Of a stretch of 64,000 nt of DNA, positions 39,788-53,460 are shown piece after piece. Both the position numbers and the translations under genes were made by a program. Source of the DNA: the human T2T-CHM13v2.0 reference genome, Homo sapiens; NCBI RefSeq assembly GCF_009914755.1, contig NC_060926.1, one strand, 5' to 3'. A model generated the notes under the pieces. It did no database searches. It saw only the letters and a program-made list of their open reading frames with translations, and was not told the DNA's origin. Numbering within the stretch: the first letter of the stretch is position 1; each line of letters begins with the position of its first letter.

Positions 39788-40300
39788 TCATTCCTTATTC
39801 ACTTAACAACATTGGCTTTACCGAGTATTAACCGCATGTCAGATACTCTTCTAGACACCAAGGATACAGCAGTGAAAGAAACAGACAAAAACACCTGCCT
39901 TTGTGGATATGATTTTGTATTGTGTGTGGTTTGGGATAGGGAGAAATACATAAACATAAAAGTTAAATTTTATAATATTTAAAATGTGTAAAACATAGAT
40001 CAAAGTAAGGGGATCAGGAGGGATGAGGGAGAAGAAATCTTAAATGGGATGGTGATATTAAGGTAAGAGTTCAGCCAGACTTAAGAGAGAGTGTGTCAGG
40101 AAGATATCTAGAAAGAGTATTCCAAGCAGAAAAAAACAAGTGAAGATGCCTGAGGCAGGAATGCGTCTGGTGTGAGAGAAAATCATGAAGAAAGTGACTG
40201 TGGCTGGAACAGAGCAAGAGGGGAGAAATGAAGGAAGGAGGTTAGAGAAGGACTGGGCTCAGGTTTTGTAGAGTCTTGTAAGCCATAATAAGACCTGTCA
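39788..40300 (-). mobile_element. L2 3' fragment
   Basis: cattccttattcacttaacaac...ctagacaccaaggatacagcagtgaaagaaacagacaaaaac...cctgaggcaggaatgcgtctgg...gtggctggaacagag. Confidence 0.7.
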
Positions 40301-41767
40301 GTTTCCACTTTTGCCTTGCCATGTATAATGCCTCTGTTACTTGGCAACCATCAATCTTTTGCACTTGTTTCAACACCTAACAAGGGTCAGTTTATGATAC
40401 TTGATTATCTAAGCATATGGAAAGAATGGCGGGAAGGCAGAAAGAGAAGGGTTCATGGTCTCCACAAAGTTGCTGATTGGTTAGACAAATTGCTAAGATT
40501 GATTGTTGGCAATTGATGAGTGGTTTGTAGTTGGTTTTTGCTATCTGAAGGCGTGAATGCACCCCACTGGCTGTAGGCATGAATCTTTGACATGAGATAA
40601 GGAGGATGACTGGAGAATTTCCTAACTCAGGAGCTGCCAGAGAGACTCCAGCTTCTGTCAATTGAGGTATTCTACATCCACAATGCTGACAGGTATCAGT
40701 CACTTTTTAGCCATTTGAACATGTTCAAAGAGCCATTTCTTGGTACAGGGTTATTTTTTTACTTGTTTGACCATATGTAGTTTTAATTTTAGCAGTTAAT
40801 TTTCACATTTTTCATCCATTTTTTGGAATGTTACCTTTTGGTCTTTTATTTTAAAAAATCATAACGACATTTTAATCCTTTGCTTTTAAAATGAGGAACA
40901 GGAAGCACTAGCATAAAGGGAGAGTTCTAAGGATCCTATTCAAACCCTGAAAATATGGGACACCCCTTTTTCTCCTCCCCGAAACTCTGTAGGGCTTTTG
41001 ATGATTGGAAAAACATTTCGAATCCCAGCCTCAGATAAGGAAAGGCAATTTCAAGAAGTCAGCCCCCCTGGGAAGAGTCACACTTCCACTACAACTAAAT
41101 GAAACAGAGAAAATAGCTGAACACTTGGAAGAATCAGCAGCTCTTCATTTTTCTAGTAACATATGCTACCTAGATACCCATAGATGTTTTTGTATTTATA
41201 TGACGATGCCATTGTTCCAGGAACAATGTTCAGACCCCATAGCTTATACTAACACTAAATTCAGAAAATGTCAAATGTAGTGAGATGAATATAAGTTGAT
41301 CAGTTCTGACCATGAGATTCAAATTCTACCTAGGGATGTTAGGTAATTCAGAAAATGAGGTAATGTCATGTGTCTTTAGTGACTTAGAGTATGCTGAGGT
41401 GACATCAACCCACAGAAACACAAATTAGAGCCAATGAATCAATTACAGCTGAGAGAGGCTGGGGCCTCTCTCAAGTCGATTGAAAGTTGTGGCCTTTGAA
41501 AGGACAGTGAGGCCAGAAGAAGAGGCATTTGCAAAGCAGAGAAACATTTAAAAACATTTAATCTAAAACATAAAATGTCTTACCAGTCATTCTCTTCTCC
41601 ATTTCAGCCTCCACTCATACTGCCATGCTAGATATTTTTTCATGGCCTGATAGCAATTTGGATTATATTTTCCATTTCTGGGAAGTTTGTCTTCATAATA
41701 AAATAAGGTCCCACTTGTTTGAAGCCAAGTGCATGGTGAGACAGAAAGGAATGTCTCTTCTAGGCAA

Positions 41768-41781
41768 CCACCAGGGGGTAG
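41768..41781 (+). promoter_or_regulatory. CTCF-like core motif
   Basis: CCACCAGGGGGTAG versus consensus CCASYAGRKGGCRS: one mismatch; motif match only. Confidence 0.4.
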
Positions 41782-42252
41782 TCTGGATCTGATTTTAGAG
41801 TAAGTGAGGAGCCCAAACTGAGGTGGGTTTGAGAATTCAGGGTTTTTTTTGGTGTGTGTGCCCATTCTTGGTTTCGGTCTTTAAACCTTGGGAATCCAGT
41901 TTCAGGACTGCGTTATACTTTGGGCATAAAGAAACTTTCCAAAAGCAATTTGTCTAATCATATTTTGAGAGGCTTCTTGACTTCTTCCTCAACAAATGGC
42001 TTTTTAACATCTGCACTGGTGAATCTAGGCCTGGGGTCCCAACTAAGCTCTCAACCCTCAGAACTTCAAACCTTTCACCTTCAAATGACCCCGAGATTAA
42101 CAAGCTGATTTCCTTGAGGTCACAATAACCTGGAATAAGTCTCCAAAGCATAGATACCCTTAAAAAGCCAGAGGAAACAAATTAGCATTCTGAGTGGGAA
42201 CTGTCCTATCAGTCACTTTGCCTCTTAAGGACAATTAAAATGTGGTCAGGCT

Positions 42253-42589
<337 letters not shown>

Positions 42590-42649
42590 TTAATTAGAAT
42601 ATGACTTTCACTGTATCTGATTCATCCAGATAAGTCAGTTTTATTTCTT

Positions 42650-43620
42650 ATTTATTTTATTTTTATTGAAAAATTGGAATGGTAAAAATTTCTAATAGTA
42701 CTGGAGGCTAGAAAATAAAAAGTAAAATACATTTCTACTCCATAGTCCATCTCCCTTTTCCAGAGATAACCACTACCAATAGGGTCTTGTTTATTCTTCT
42801 AGAAAAAAATGTATACATAAACATATATATTCCATTTTTTAAACGAGTGAGAACATCTCATGTACACACATCTGTGTTTTGCTTTTTCATTTTATTTTTA
42901 CTATATGTTTTTTTGGGAGGTTCCTTGAGAAAATGTCTTTATGATTATGGTTGAGTATACATCTTGGCAAAACTGCTAAGTCTGTGTTTACGTGTATTTG
43001 AATTTTTGTTTTATTGAGGTATAATTGATATGTGAAAAATTTTCATGTTTAATGTATATATTTTGATGTATCTGGATATATGCATACATCTGTGACCCCA
43101 TCATCACAATCAAGATACTAAACATATTTTAGTTTTTGTTTTCATCTCCAAAAATTTTCTTGTGTTTTTTTTGTGTTTTGTGTGTGTATGTGTGGCAAGA
43201 ATACTTAACATGAGATCTCCTCTTAACATATTTTAAAGTGTACAGTAGCATGTTATTAACTATAGGCACTATGATGTATAGCAGATCTATAGAACCTCTT
43301 TATCTTGCATAATAGGACTTTGTACTCATTGTGCACCAACTCCCCTTTCCTGTATTTTAATTTTTTGATGGATATTACCAGGTTGCCTGCCAAGGAGACT
43401 GCCCCAATTTCTACTCTGATTATCATAATTTGAAAGTATTCATTTCTCCGTACCATGGCCAATACAGTACTTTCAAAACTTTTGATCTGTGACACTATAT
43501 TGGATAAAAGGTATATCCCACTGTTTGAGTTGGCATATCTTTAGTTATAAGTCAGTTTGAATATCTTCTGACCTGCATATAAGCCTTTTGTAATTCCTTT
43601 TCTTAGGTTTCATCTGGATT
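42650..43620 (-). mobile_element. Old L1M fragments (L1ME/L1MC-like, nested)
   Basis: ttccagagataaccactaccaatag; ttattgaggtataattga...tgtatagcagatctatagaacc. Confidence 0.6.
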
Positions 43621-44908
43621 ATCATGTTGCCTTCTGGCACCTTTGAGGACAAGAACAACACACAGTCTTTGAGGTCATATTGTCATTGGTGTTGGCAATG
43701 ACATTTAGCAGCTGTGTGTAAACACAGTATTGTTTCATTATAAAACTGTGGTGAAAGATAAGGGTACTTTGATTGTTATAGTGGGAGAGAAACATTATAC
43801 ATCCCATCTGACAGGCACTTGATTAGTATTGTGATACCACACAGTCTATGCTCTGTAAAATGTTTGCATTTCCCTTTGAAATGGATTTTACTCCTTTACT
43901 CCTTAAATAAAAACATTCCTCATAATTCTTATACCATAAACTGCTACAAACAGCCAGATTTATTTTTGTCAACTTGTATTTGAAAATCTTTTGCAGCATT
44001 ATTTTAGTCTTACGAAAAAGCAAATTGGTCATGATTAACATTTAGAAATATCTTTTTAGTAAGCAAACATTTTCATTCAGTATATTCTCTGGCAATGCCT
44101 TTTTGAGCTGCTTGGCTTATAAACACATAATATACACTAATTGTGGAAACCAGGAAGCTGGTATTCTCTCTTATTTTGGTAGAAGCTGCTTTGCATAGGT
44201 TGTATTTATTAGCTATGCTGGTGACACACATCGTCTGTGACTAATGTGGAAATGCTGATAGTTTACAAGCAGCAGATAAAATAGGCCTTAGGATGTGAAT
44301 AAATTTAGGATCAGTACATATTTTTAAAATCCTGCTAAAAACCAAGATAAAAATAAAGAAGCAAAGATGGTTTTCATTATTATCATGACCAGTACTTTTA
44401 AAATGGTTTTCTTAGTGAGGAATAGCAGCCTCAGGGCAGGGGAAATATAATGGGATTAAAATAAAACTAGTGCCATGATCTTAATGTCTAAATAGATTAA
44501 TTTTACCGACACAGGAAGCTATAATATCATGTCTCTGGTAATAACTGGAACATTCTTGGCCATGTTTTTGGAATTTACACGAGTGGCATACTCTAATCTC
44601 TAGGGGAAGCCTAAAGATTCCCAAAGATTCCCCACTCATTTCCTACCCCACCACCTGTGGCAGACAGATTTTAATATGGCTTTTGAGGTCTGTGTCTCCT
44701 GGTGTTCATACCTTTGTACAATACCTCCCCTAACTGTGGGTGAAATTGTTGACTTGCTTCTAATCAATACAATAGAGCAAAGATGATGGGATGCCACCTC
44801 CACGATTATGTTATGTTATAGAAGGTTCTATCATCCTGGCAGTATTCTATGGACTAATTTCCTGGTTTTGAAGAAGCAAGCTGCCATATTGTGGGCTGCC
44901 TGTATGGG

Positions 44909-45134
44909 TATAATGAGAAAAACCAGGAATTGTATTAAAAAACATTCCTCCCAAACTAGGAGGGAGCTGAGAGACCAAAGAATGACTCAGACAAATCCAG
45001 ATTGGCAAGTAGAGGAGTTTATTAGGACTTACATGTGAGGCACTCCTGGATGGCAGCAAGACAACTTTAGAGATCCATGCTGCTTCCCATTCTTAAGCTG
45101 CTTTTAAGCTAATTTTCTGGCTCTTTGCCTACTG

Positions 45135-45169
<35 letters not shown>

Positions 45170-45339
45170 TGGGACTGTTTTCCTTGGTAGGTTCTCAGAT
45201 ACTCTCTGGGATGTTTGGGTTCTCAAGGACACCTGCTCTTGGGCTGGGCACTGTGGCCTTGGCACATTGCCTGGCCTTCAGGGTTCAGGCAGTGGACATA
45301 TAACCTTGCGTAACCAGGTGGGTGACTCACCATGCTACA
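44909..45339 (-). mobile_element. ERVL-class solo LTR (LTR47-like)
   Basis: Reverse complement starts tgtagcatggtgagtcacccacctggttacg; ggccttcagggttcaggcagtggacata; TSD atggg / gtggg. Confidence 0.7.
45137..45168. repeat. (TG)n microsatellite, ~16 units
   Basis: Uninterrupted tgtgtg run inside the LTR. Confidence 0.97.
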
Positions 45340-46824
45340 GTGGGGAGGCCCATATGGCAAAGCACTGAAGGTGACCTGCAGAAGATGAGGGCCTCAGTCC
45401 TATAGCTGCAAGGAACTGAATTCTACCAACAACCATGTGAGTTTGGATAGAAACCCCAGGCTCAGTATCAGCTCTGACTGAGACCTTGATTGCAGCCTTG
45501 TGAGACTCTGAAGCAGAGAACCCAGATAAGCTGTGCCTAGGCTCCTGACCCGAAGAAACTATGAGAGAATAAATGTGTGTTGTTTTAAGCTGCTAAATTT
45601 GTGGTACACCACAAATAAACCACTAGACAAGAAACACAGTCTGTGGCATGTTGTAGTTTTGTTCATAATAGTCACTGTCCTTCTCTTGGAGCAAATGATA
45701 CTTCCATTGGCATCACATAATATGTGGTATCCATCCCAACAGAAGGGTCATACATTTTTGCCTTTTAAACTTGGGAGTGACCATCTGATTTTCTTTGGCC
45801 CATTGAATCTGGACAGAGGCAGAAACTTTGAGAGCCAGTTTGAGGTTAGGCATATTTTTCTTTTCCCCTCTTCACCAGGCTGTCTGATTTGTGTTGAACG
45901 TGTAGTAGCAACCAAAAGTAAACTTTCCCTTTTGTAAGCCGTTGAGATTTTAGGTTACTACAGCATAACCTAGTCTTTCCTCCTGAGAAGAAATAATTCT
46001 GTCAATGACACAACTGGGTCAAGTTGCCATGCAGAGTTTTTAAAATTTTGTGGCAGGCTCCTTTAGATGGCTTTCCTCATTGTATTATCTTCCTTTGGTG
46101 ATTGCTTCACAGATCATTCTTCTGTGTCTTCCAGAAACAATCTGGTGCAATCGGATAGTCTGGAGTTGAATGTTCTTGGGACTCTTATCTGAACAACCTT
46201 CTTGAGATTAGGTTACAGAGCAAGGGGAAGGAAAGGTGAAGTGTACTACTCAAGCCTTAGAAAAAGGCTGCTTCTATGGGCTAATTTTTGCATCCTCTTC
46301 CTTACTTTTTTAGAAGAAAGATTTCAAAGAGCAAGGTTAGGATGGTGTCCAGGAAAGGAACAAAGAGGCTATTTTGTCTGCTTCTTGTTGGGAGAAAGGA
46401 TTCCTAAGACCGTAAGTGGTACAGCTAAGTTCTCAGGGCGAGAAACCAAGTCCTAACTGGTATAAACAGTGTTTCTTCTCTCAAAATGTCCACCATGCTA
46501 TGACTCCTCAAGATTTAGCCATGTTAAGTAGCTAGTAAAGGACAGAGGGATTTTTAGGTTCCTAGCATTTCTCTCTTTGGAGATCCAATGAGCACTGCTG
46601 ATGGTACTTAAATATTGAAGGATAGTAGAGGAAGGCAAGATGATATGTTTCCCTCAAATGCTACCTTAATTGATCATTTAATGAAGGACAGGACATTTTC
46701 AGAATTTGCATTCTTGTCAGAGTATAGAACAGAGACTATTTCTAAATTCCTTTGGAAATATTTTAATGTGAAATAGGATAATTTTCTACACAATGCTTAA
46801 CGTTGACTAATATTGACTTACCGT

Positions 46825-47270
46825 CACCTGAATCAGCAGACCTGGGTTGGAATTCTTACTGTTTCATTTGTTTTTATATTTTTTATTTTCTTTTCCCTCT
46901 AGATTTATTGAGTCATAATTGACAAAAAAGTTATATATTTGTGGTACACAAAATTATAATTTGCTATATATACATTATGAAATTATTGCCACTATCAAGC
47001 TAATTAACGCATCTCTCCACTTAGTTACCGTGTGTGGAGGGGTGTGTGTGTGGTGAGAACATTTAAGATCTCTCAGCAAACTTCAAGTACACATATGTTA
47101 ATAATACTGTTGTTTACTCTGCCATTTAATTGATTGTATGCCCTTGGATAAATGTCTTCAACTCTGTGATTCAGTTTCTTCATCTATAAAATATACCTAT
47201 CTCCCATGATTTTTAAAGAATTAACTAGTACATGTAAAGTGCCTGATTAATAAACTTAACGTACTCTTAT
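46825..47270. mobile_element. MIR (+) interrupted by an L1M 3' fragment (~46900-47105, -)
   Basis: cagacctgggttggaattc...cccttggataaatgtcttcaactctgtgattcagtttcttcatctataaaat (MIR); tggtgagaacatttaagatctctcagcaaacttcaagtac (L1M). Confidence 0.6.
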
Positions 47271-50200
47271 TAATTGCCACATGTGCTTTACAACAGACAA
47301 ACTTCTTACCATATTGTTGAAGAGGAGACCTCATATGCCCAAATGTCAATTCATATACTTTCAGTTGGTTTTTTCCTGTGCTTCCAGATTGGCTATTTCA
47401 CACATTTATTAGAATAACTGTAGAAATCACAGCTTTCTTTAAGCCTCTTTTCTTGTTACACTCCTCCTACCAGCTGTTTTTTCTCTAGCAACAAAGTTGG
47501 AACTATAGTTTAAAAAAAAAAAACTAGTTATGCCGATAAAGGAGAAAAAAATATTTTTGCTTCAGATGCAGTCACTTGCTTCCTTTGTATCAGGAAAGGA
47601 ATCAGGCAGCTATCAACTAAACACAAAGGTTCTGATATGCACCATACCTATTTGTCACTGGCAGCCCTGCCTAGGTCAATAGCATAATAAAATTTCCTTC
47701 TAGGGCAAAAAGATTGACCTGAGAATGGGACAGAATTCGTAATTAATTGGTGGAGGCTGAGGAAAACTGGTAGAGTGTCAAAATCAGGATGTCTCTAAGT
47801 GAGATGAAAGTTTCAGAGGTTTTTGATTCAGGTGGACAGGATTTGGGCTAAGGGAGGCTTTAGGATGGCCATGATTCTTGTTGATGTTTGGTAACTAGAG
47901 TATAAGGACTGAGGCTTGATTGAAATAAGATGAAGAATCTGGAAGCATGACTCATTCCTGAAGACAAAGTTTCTACAGGAATTAGGAGTTAGATAGGACC
48001 ACAGGTGTCCAGGGTAGAAGGCTAAGCTGTATTAAGCCTGGGGGTACTGCATGTCTGATGGGAGTAGATTAGGAAAGCTGTAGCTCACTGACCACTGAAA
48101 ACCACAAACACTGAGAAACTCAGAAGGAACCACCAGCCTGACTGTCCCTGGTAAGAGCTTGGCTATGGCTGAACTCCCAAGAGGAAGACACTATACCTGG
48201 CAGCTTGGGTGAGGCTGAGACAGACACATAGAGTTGAAACCTGCAGTGCATTATTTTCTTTGTCTTTTCAAAGCAGAGCCATTTTATATTTAAAGGGGTC
48301 AAAAGTACAACCCCTACTGTTGTTAGCTCCCAGCTGTTTGCTGACATGTGTGGAAATGAAAATTTGGGAGGGGCTGGTCCTTGACCTCATTAGCATGTGT
48401 GGTTTTACTTTTTTGTACCTAGAAAAGAATTTATGTAACTGCCCTTATCCAAAATTAAGCTTGGGAATATGTTTGTTTAAAACCAACTAATCTTCATGTT
48501 TAAGTAAAGCCAATTTAATTAGTAAGTATGAGTAATTACAACTATTATCTAATTTATAAAATCCCATTAAATTTACTTTGAAGATTTAATGAAAATTACG
48601 GTTACAGTCTTAAATCTTAAGAATATGTTTTTGTAGACTATATGATCATAGCAAGGTCAAATTAGAATCTTTTTAGCAAACAATAGAGGTAACAAAATAA
48701 ACCTAATACGTTCCTTAAATATTTTCATCTCATATTTTTCTACACATGAAGATGTTTATTTGGTTGATATAATAATATATCAGAGAAAGATTCTTTTAAG
48801 CTAATTGTTTTTTTTAATAACAAATTTTATCCAAAGAAAGCCACATCTTGTTAAGATTTAAGCAATTTTGTTTATTAGGGAAATGAGGAAGATTCAACCT
48901 CAGACTTGAGGGATTTTATCTTTCTTTGAACCTAAAGTAATTATAAGAAGAAATGTATATATGGATATGTAAACATGTGTTATAGCCAAAGTCTGGAACA
49001 GGTGATTTCTGACAATAGATAGCAAAATTTATAATTAACTTAAGCAGCTGGCTAAGCACCGAAGTGTCACACAGAAGAAAAAATAGTGTCTCATTGCAAG
49101 CCAAATATCACTGCTAGTAGCCAAATGATGCATTGTATGGCTAAACACAGGCTTTCTGACTTCCAAATACATGTTGGTCATTAGCCAACTGAAACAAATG
49201 AAGTTAACATTATCTAACAAATGTTACCTTATTTGAAATTCAGACTATAGCCCATAATGTTTTGATGACAGACTGATTTTAAGTCAGTGAGGAAGTTGCT
49301 TTTGAAATACATTTCTCATTTGCATCTCCATGTATATGATTTTCTGACTAGTTATTCTGATTCATCCATTTGTCTAATATAGCAGTTATTTAGCTTTTGA
49401 TTAACAAAGTAAGGTTCTGAATAGATAAAATAATTATGAAAGCTAGACTTTATCAAGAGATGAAATTATTTTTTAAAATTCCATCAGCATTTTAGTGTAC
49501 ACTTTTGTTTGTCTACTCAGTAACAGTAACTTTTCCTTCTTTTTTCTAACAAAACTCTGATTCAATTCGGTTACCCCACTGGTAGTGCACCTTAAGGGAG
49601 ATATACTCCTGTATCAGCCTGGGGCTGAATCATGAGTGGTCTAAGCCAATTATGGTCGTCTCGTTGCCTTTGCCAAAAACCAGTTTATGTATAGGCACGT
49701 GATGCACATCTGAGAAGTGAGAAGCTGTAAATGCTTCTGATCAAGGCTTTCCTTGCTATAAAAAGTTACTGGAATATTGTTTTGGCAACTAATTGAGTGC
49801 ATGAATTGAGTAAATGGTTACATCATTAGATAGTGAGCATTAGTTTTAAAAAGCATGTGACATAAAATTATTACAGAGGAAGCACTATATTAAACTAATT
49901 AACATTAAATAATTATTATTTAGAAATGCAAAAACAACTCCACCAATATCAAGGTACTCACTAGAATGGCTAACAAAAAAAAAGTGACAAGTGTTGACAA
50001 GAATGTGGGACAACAGTAACTCTTATATGTTGGTGAATTTCTAATGAAATATATTATACTTCATTAGAGAAGTTTACCAACAATCCTTCCCAAACCTGAA
50101 GAGGAAAAAGCTGTTATTTTCTTTTGCTAGATATTATTGTGTCTGCCTGTGACACCTAGAATCTGGCTGTAACCTGGCTAAGGATGGCAAGGCAGAAAGA

Positions 50201-51543
50201 AGTAAGAAAACTGTGTTTTATGACACAGCTGAGCACTAAATATAAAAACCTAAAATGGCCTTATCTTGGGAATAACCATATCAGATAATGCTGTTTCTGT
50301 ACTATTTAAGCCAAATTGAGTTATTTTCTGTTAATTATAGCTGAAACTATTTCAGCTGATAATTGTCTATTAACATTAAAAGCCAGGACTGACCATGTAG
50401 ATTACTTTCTTCCATAACACAGAAAAGATAGCCCTTCCATCATTAATAGGAGGAGACATGGTAATCATTTGCACAGGTAGAAGAAGGTTATAACATGATG
50501 GGGTTCATGTTGAAAGGAGTGGGGAGCATACCATTCTAGTGCAGGACATTTGGGAAGAAAGAGGCAGAGATGAGAAGTGAACCACTTCGGATTGACTGAA
50601 GTCCTAGAGGAGAGACAAAGACATATGGATGGGAATATAAAGCAGCACATCTCTTGTACCAATCTATATTTGATATCCTAGCCTAGTATTTTATTGTAAA
50701 GAGTCCTATATCTACCTGTGGGAGACTGTATTAGTGTTAGAGGGATGGTGCATGCATAGAGGGAGCCTTGGTGTAGCTCCTGTAAGCCACCTTCGTTTTT
50801 CATACAGTGGAGATAGAAATGCCAAATCCCAGGCTTCTCTTGAAGTAGAGAGATAGAATGTTAGCTGGGAGTTAGGGTGGGGAGCTTGCCAGAAAACATA
50901 GTGATTGCAGGGATGAAGAGACTCTGTATTAAAGGACTTTTGGACAGACTACTTAGGATTCACTGCCAACCCTAAGGGGATTTAAAGCACCACTGAGAGC
51001 TGAGGTGGGTCCAGGCCAGTAGACAATACCACTAGGCCCTGACCAAGGTGGAGGAGAACAGGTCATGAGCTAGGGCTCTTGGGCAGGTACCAACAATGCC
51101 CTGCCATCCTTAGCCAGTTGATAGCCAGCAGGGTCACTAGTACCTGGGCAAACAAAGAAATGTTTTTCATTAAGGGCTAGAAGAGTGGCACAAAATCACG
51201 TGGTACAAATAGGAGACTTTTTCTTCCCATGCCAACAAAGGATCCAGCAAATGACCTTACAGATTCAGATAATACCTTGGTAAGATGAAAGAGAGGGTAA
51301 GGTAATCTGAAAAACTGAAAAAGACTGAACATCCCTAAGAGATGATCTAAAACAAACATTATTCATTTTCTTTGTACTTTGACACTTTTGCAGGCAGTCC
51401 TTGGTTTTAATTTTGGCTCCATTGTTTACTAACTGAATGTCTAAGGCAGATTATTTAAGCTTCATGTGCTTCGGATATCTCCTCCAGGGAATGAGAATAA
51501 TGACTTGTATACTAGTAACTTGTATACTAGGCATACTGTGAAC

Positions 51544-51615
51544 ATTACAAGATATATGTATATATCTTGTAATATATATCTATATCTATATCTATGTCTA
51601 TATCTATATCTATAT
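51544..51615. repeat. 30-bp palindrome followed by (TATATC)n-type low complexity
   Basis: attacaagatatat-gt-atatatcttgtaat, then tatatctatatc... Confidence 0.9.
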
Positions 51616-51929
51616 AATTCCAAACAGCAATTGGGCTAAATAGACTACTTAGACATAAACCATATGACTGTACTTTTCTCTTTGGAAAAGCAGAGTAGAA
51701 GTGTATTCTTACCGATGGGGGTGTGTTGGGTGCTTTAGCTTGGGCAGAAGACTGGTTACCCTGAGGTGAGTTGTGAGGCAGAGATCAGAGGAATGGTCAC
51801 CCCTGGGATGCTCTGTCCTTGTTGAGCCTATGGGTGAGAGTGACATGATATCAAACTATTTGTCTGGGTCTACCGAAATCAAGTTAGGATTCATTCAGGG
51901 TCTGGGAGGGGGACATAGTTTTGAGATGA

Positions 51930-53460
51930 GGATATCATTCCTTGGCTTGCAGCTGCATCAATCTAATCCCTGCCTCTGTCATTATATGGCTGTCTTCACA
52001 TTGTCTTTCCTCTGTGTGTATCTGTCTTGTTTTAACTTTAAAGTTAAAGACCACATTTAACCAAATTTCCAAATAAGGTTACATTCTGAGGTACTAGGGT
52101 ATATCTCTTACTGGGAAACAGATGATTCAACACAAAACAGTTCAACTCCCCAAATGTATGTCTTTCCCATGTGCAAAATATTAATACATTCACCCCATCC
52201 CAACATTGCTAAAAGTCTTCATCATTCCAGCATCAATTTTTAAGTCCCAAATCTCATCTAAACACTATCAAATCAAAGTCTCAAATCTCATTATCTAAAT
52301 CATTCAAATCAATTATGGGTGAGACGCAATATTATTTATCCTGAGGAAAAACTTTTTTTCATCATTGAAATTGTGAAACCAGACAAGTTCTATGTTTCTA
52401 AAATACAATAGTGGGACCAGCATAGAATAGACATTCCCATTTCAAAATAGAGAAATTGAAAGAAAAAAGGGTCATGGGTCTCAAGCAAGTTTAAAACTTA
52501 GCAGGGCAAATTTTATTACATGTTAAGGCTTGAGAAATATTCCCACAGGCTTGATGCTATGACCTGGTGGTGGCTCCACCTGTCTTGACCCCAGGTGACA
52601 GCACTGCCTATGGCCTCTGAAATCCAGGAGGTGAGGGTGCTATGCCCTGGGCCTGTACCCTCCGAGTCCATGGTGACAGCATTAGCCTGCTGGCCTCTGA
52701 CCCACCCTGGGGGGTCATTCTTCCCGTTTTCTGAAATATAATACATATTTGCATCCAAATAGTTCGATTGGTTTATTTTCTTCCTGTGGAATCCCAGAAG
52801 TCTGACAGTGTTCTTTCTTTTTAACCCATGCCTTTACCCTTCAGTCCAGGATGGCAGTGTTTATGCTGAGATGACTAATTGGATCCACAAATCACATGCC
52901 TAATCTCCTGAGCAAACAGTTTTCCAGCAATAACATTGGTGATACCGCCAAAGCACATTTTCTATTTTTTTTTTTTTTTTGTAATGTGGATAGGCTGAGA
53001 ATTTTCCAAATCCACAAGTTTTGGATTCTTTTTGCTTAACTATTTCTTCTTAAATGTATCCCTTTCCTCTTGTATTTTACTATTGGTAACAAGAAGAAAC
53101 AAGGGTGTACCTTCAGCACTTTGCTTAGAAATCTCTTCAGCTGAATAATGAATACAGGTTCATCACTATAAGTTCTATTTTCTACCCAACAAAATATAAT
53201 TCAGCCAGGTTCTCTGCCACTTAATAACAAGAATCACATTTCCTCTAGTCTCCAGTAACATGTTTTTCATTTCTGTTTGAGACTTTACCTGAAGCATCTT
53301 TAATATTTATGTTTCTTCCAACACTCTCTTTAAGGCAATGCAGGCTTTCTCTACCAAGCACCTCAAAATTCTTCCAGCCTTCACCCATCACCCAATTCCA
53401 AAGTCACTTTCACATTTTCAGGTATTTGTTACAGCAGCACCCTGCTCTCAGTACCAAAAT
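51930..53460 (-). mobile_element. MaLR element: partial MLT1 LTR (~51930-52139) plus MLT1-internal sequence
   Basis: tttccaaataaggttacattctgaggtactaggg...attcaacacaaaaca, then tacattcaccccatcccaac...aaaatacaatagtgggaccagcatagaatagacattccc...cccaattccaaagtcactttcacattttcaggtatttgttacagcagcacc. Confidence 0.85.

Larger units (their letters stand above)
44656..45630 (+). mobile_element. MaLR LTR (MLT1E-like) split by a nested LTR
   Basis: tgtggcagacag...gcaagctgccatattgtggg | gaggcccatatggcaaag...gcaaggaactgaattctaccaac...gagaataaatgtgtgttgttttaagctgctaaatttgtggta. Confidence 0.8.

Noticed and set aside
45533-45937. 134-aa ORF
   Set aside because: GTG start, spans MLT1 LTR fragments, and has no recognisable domain.
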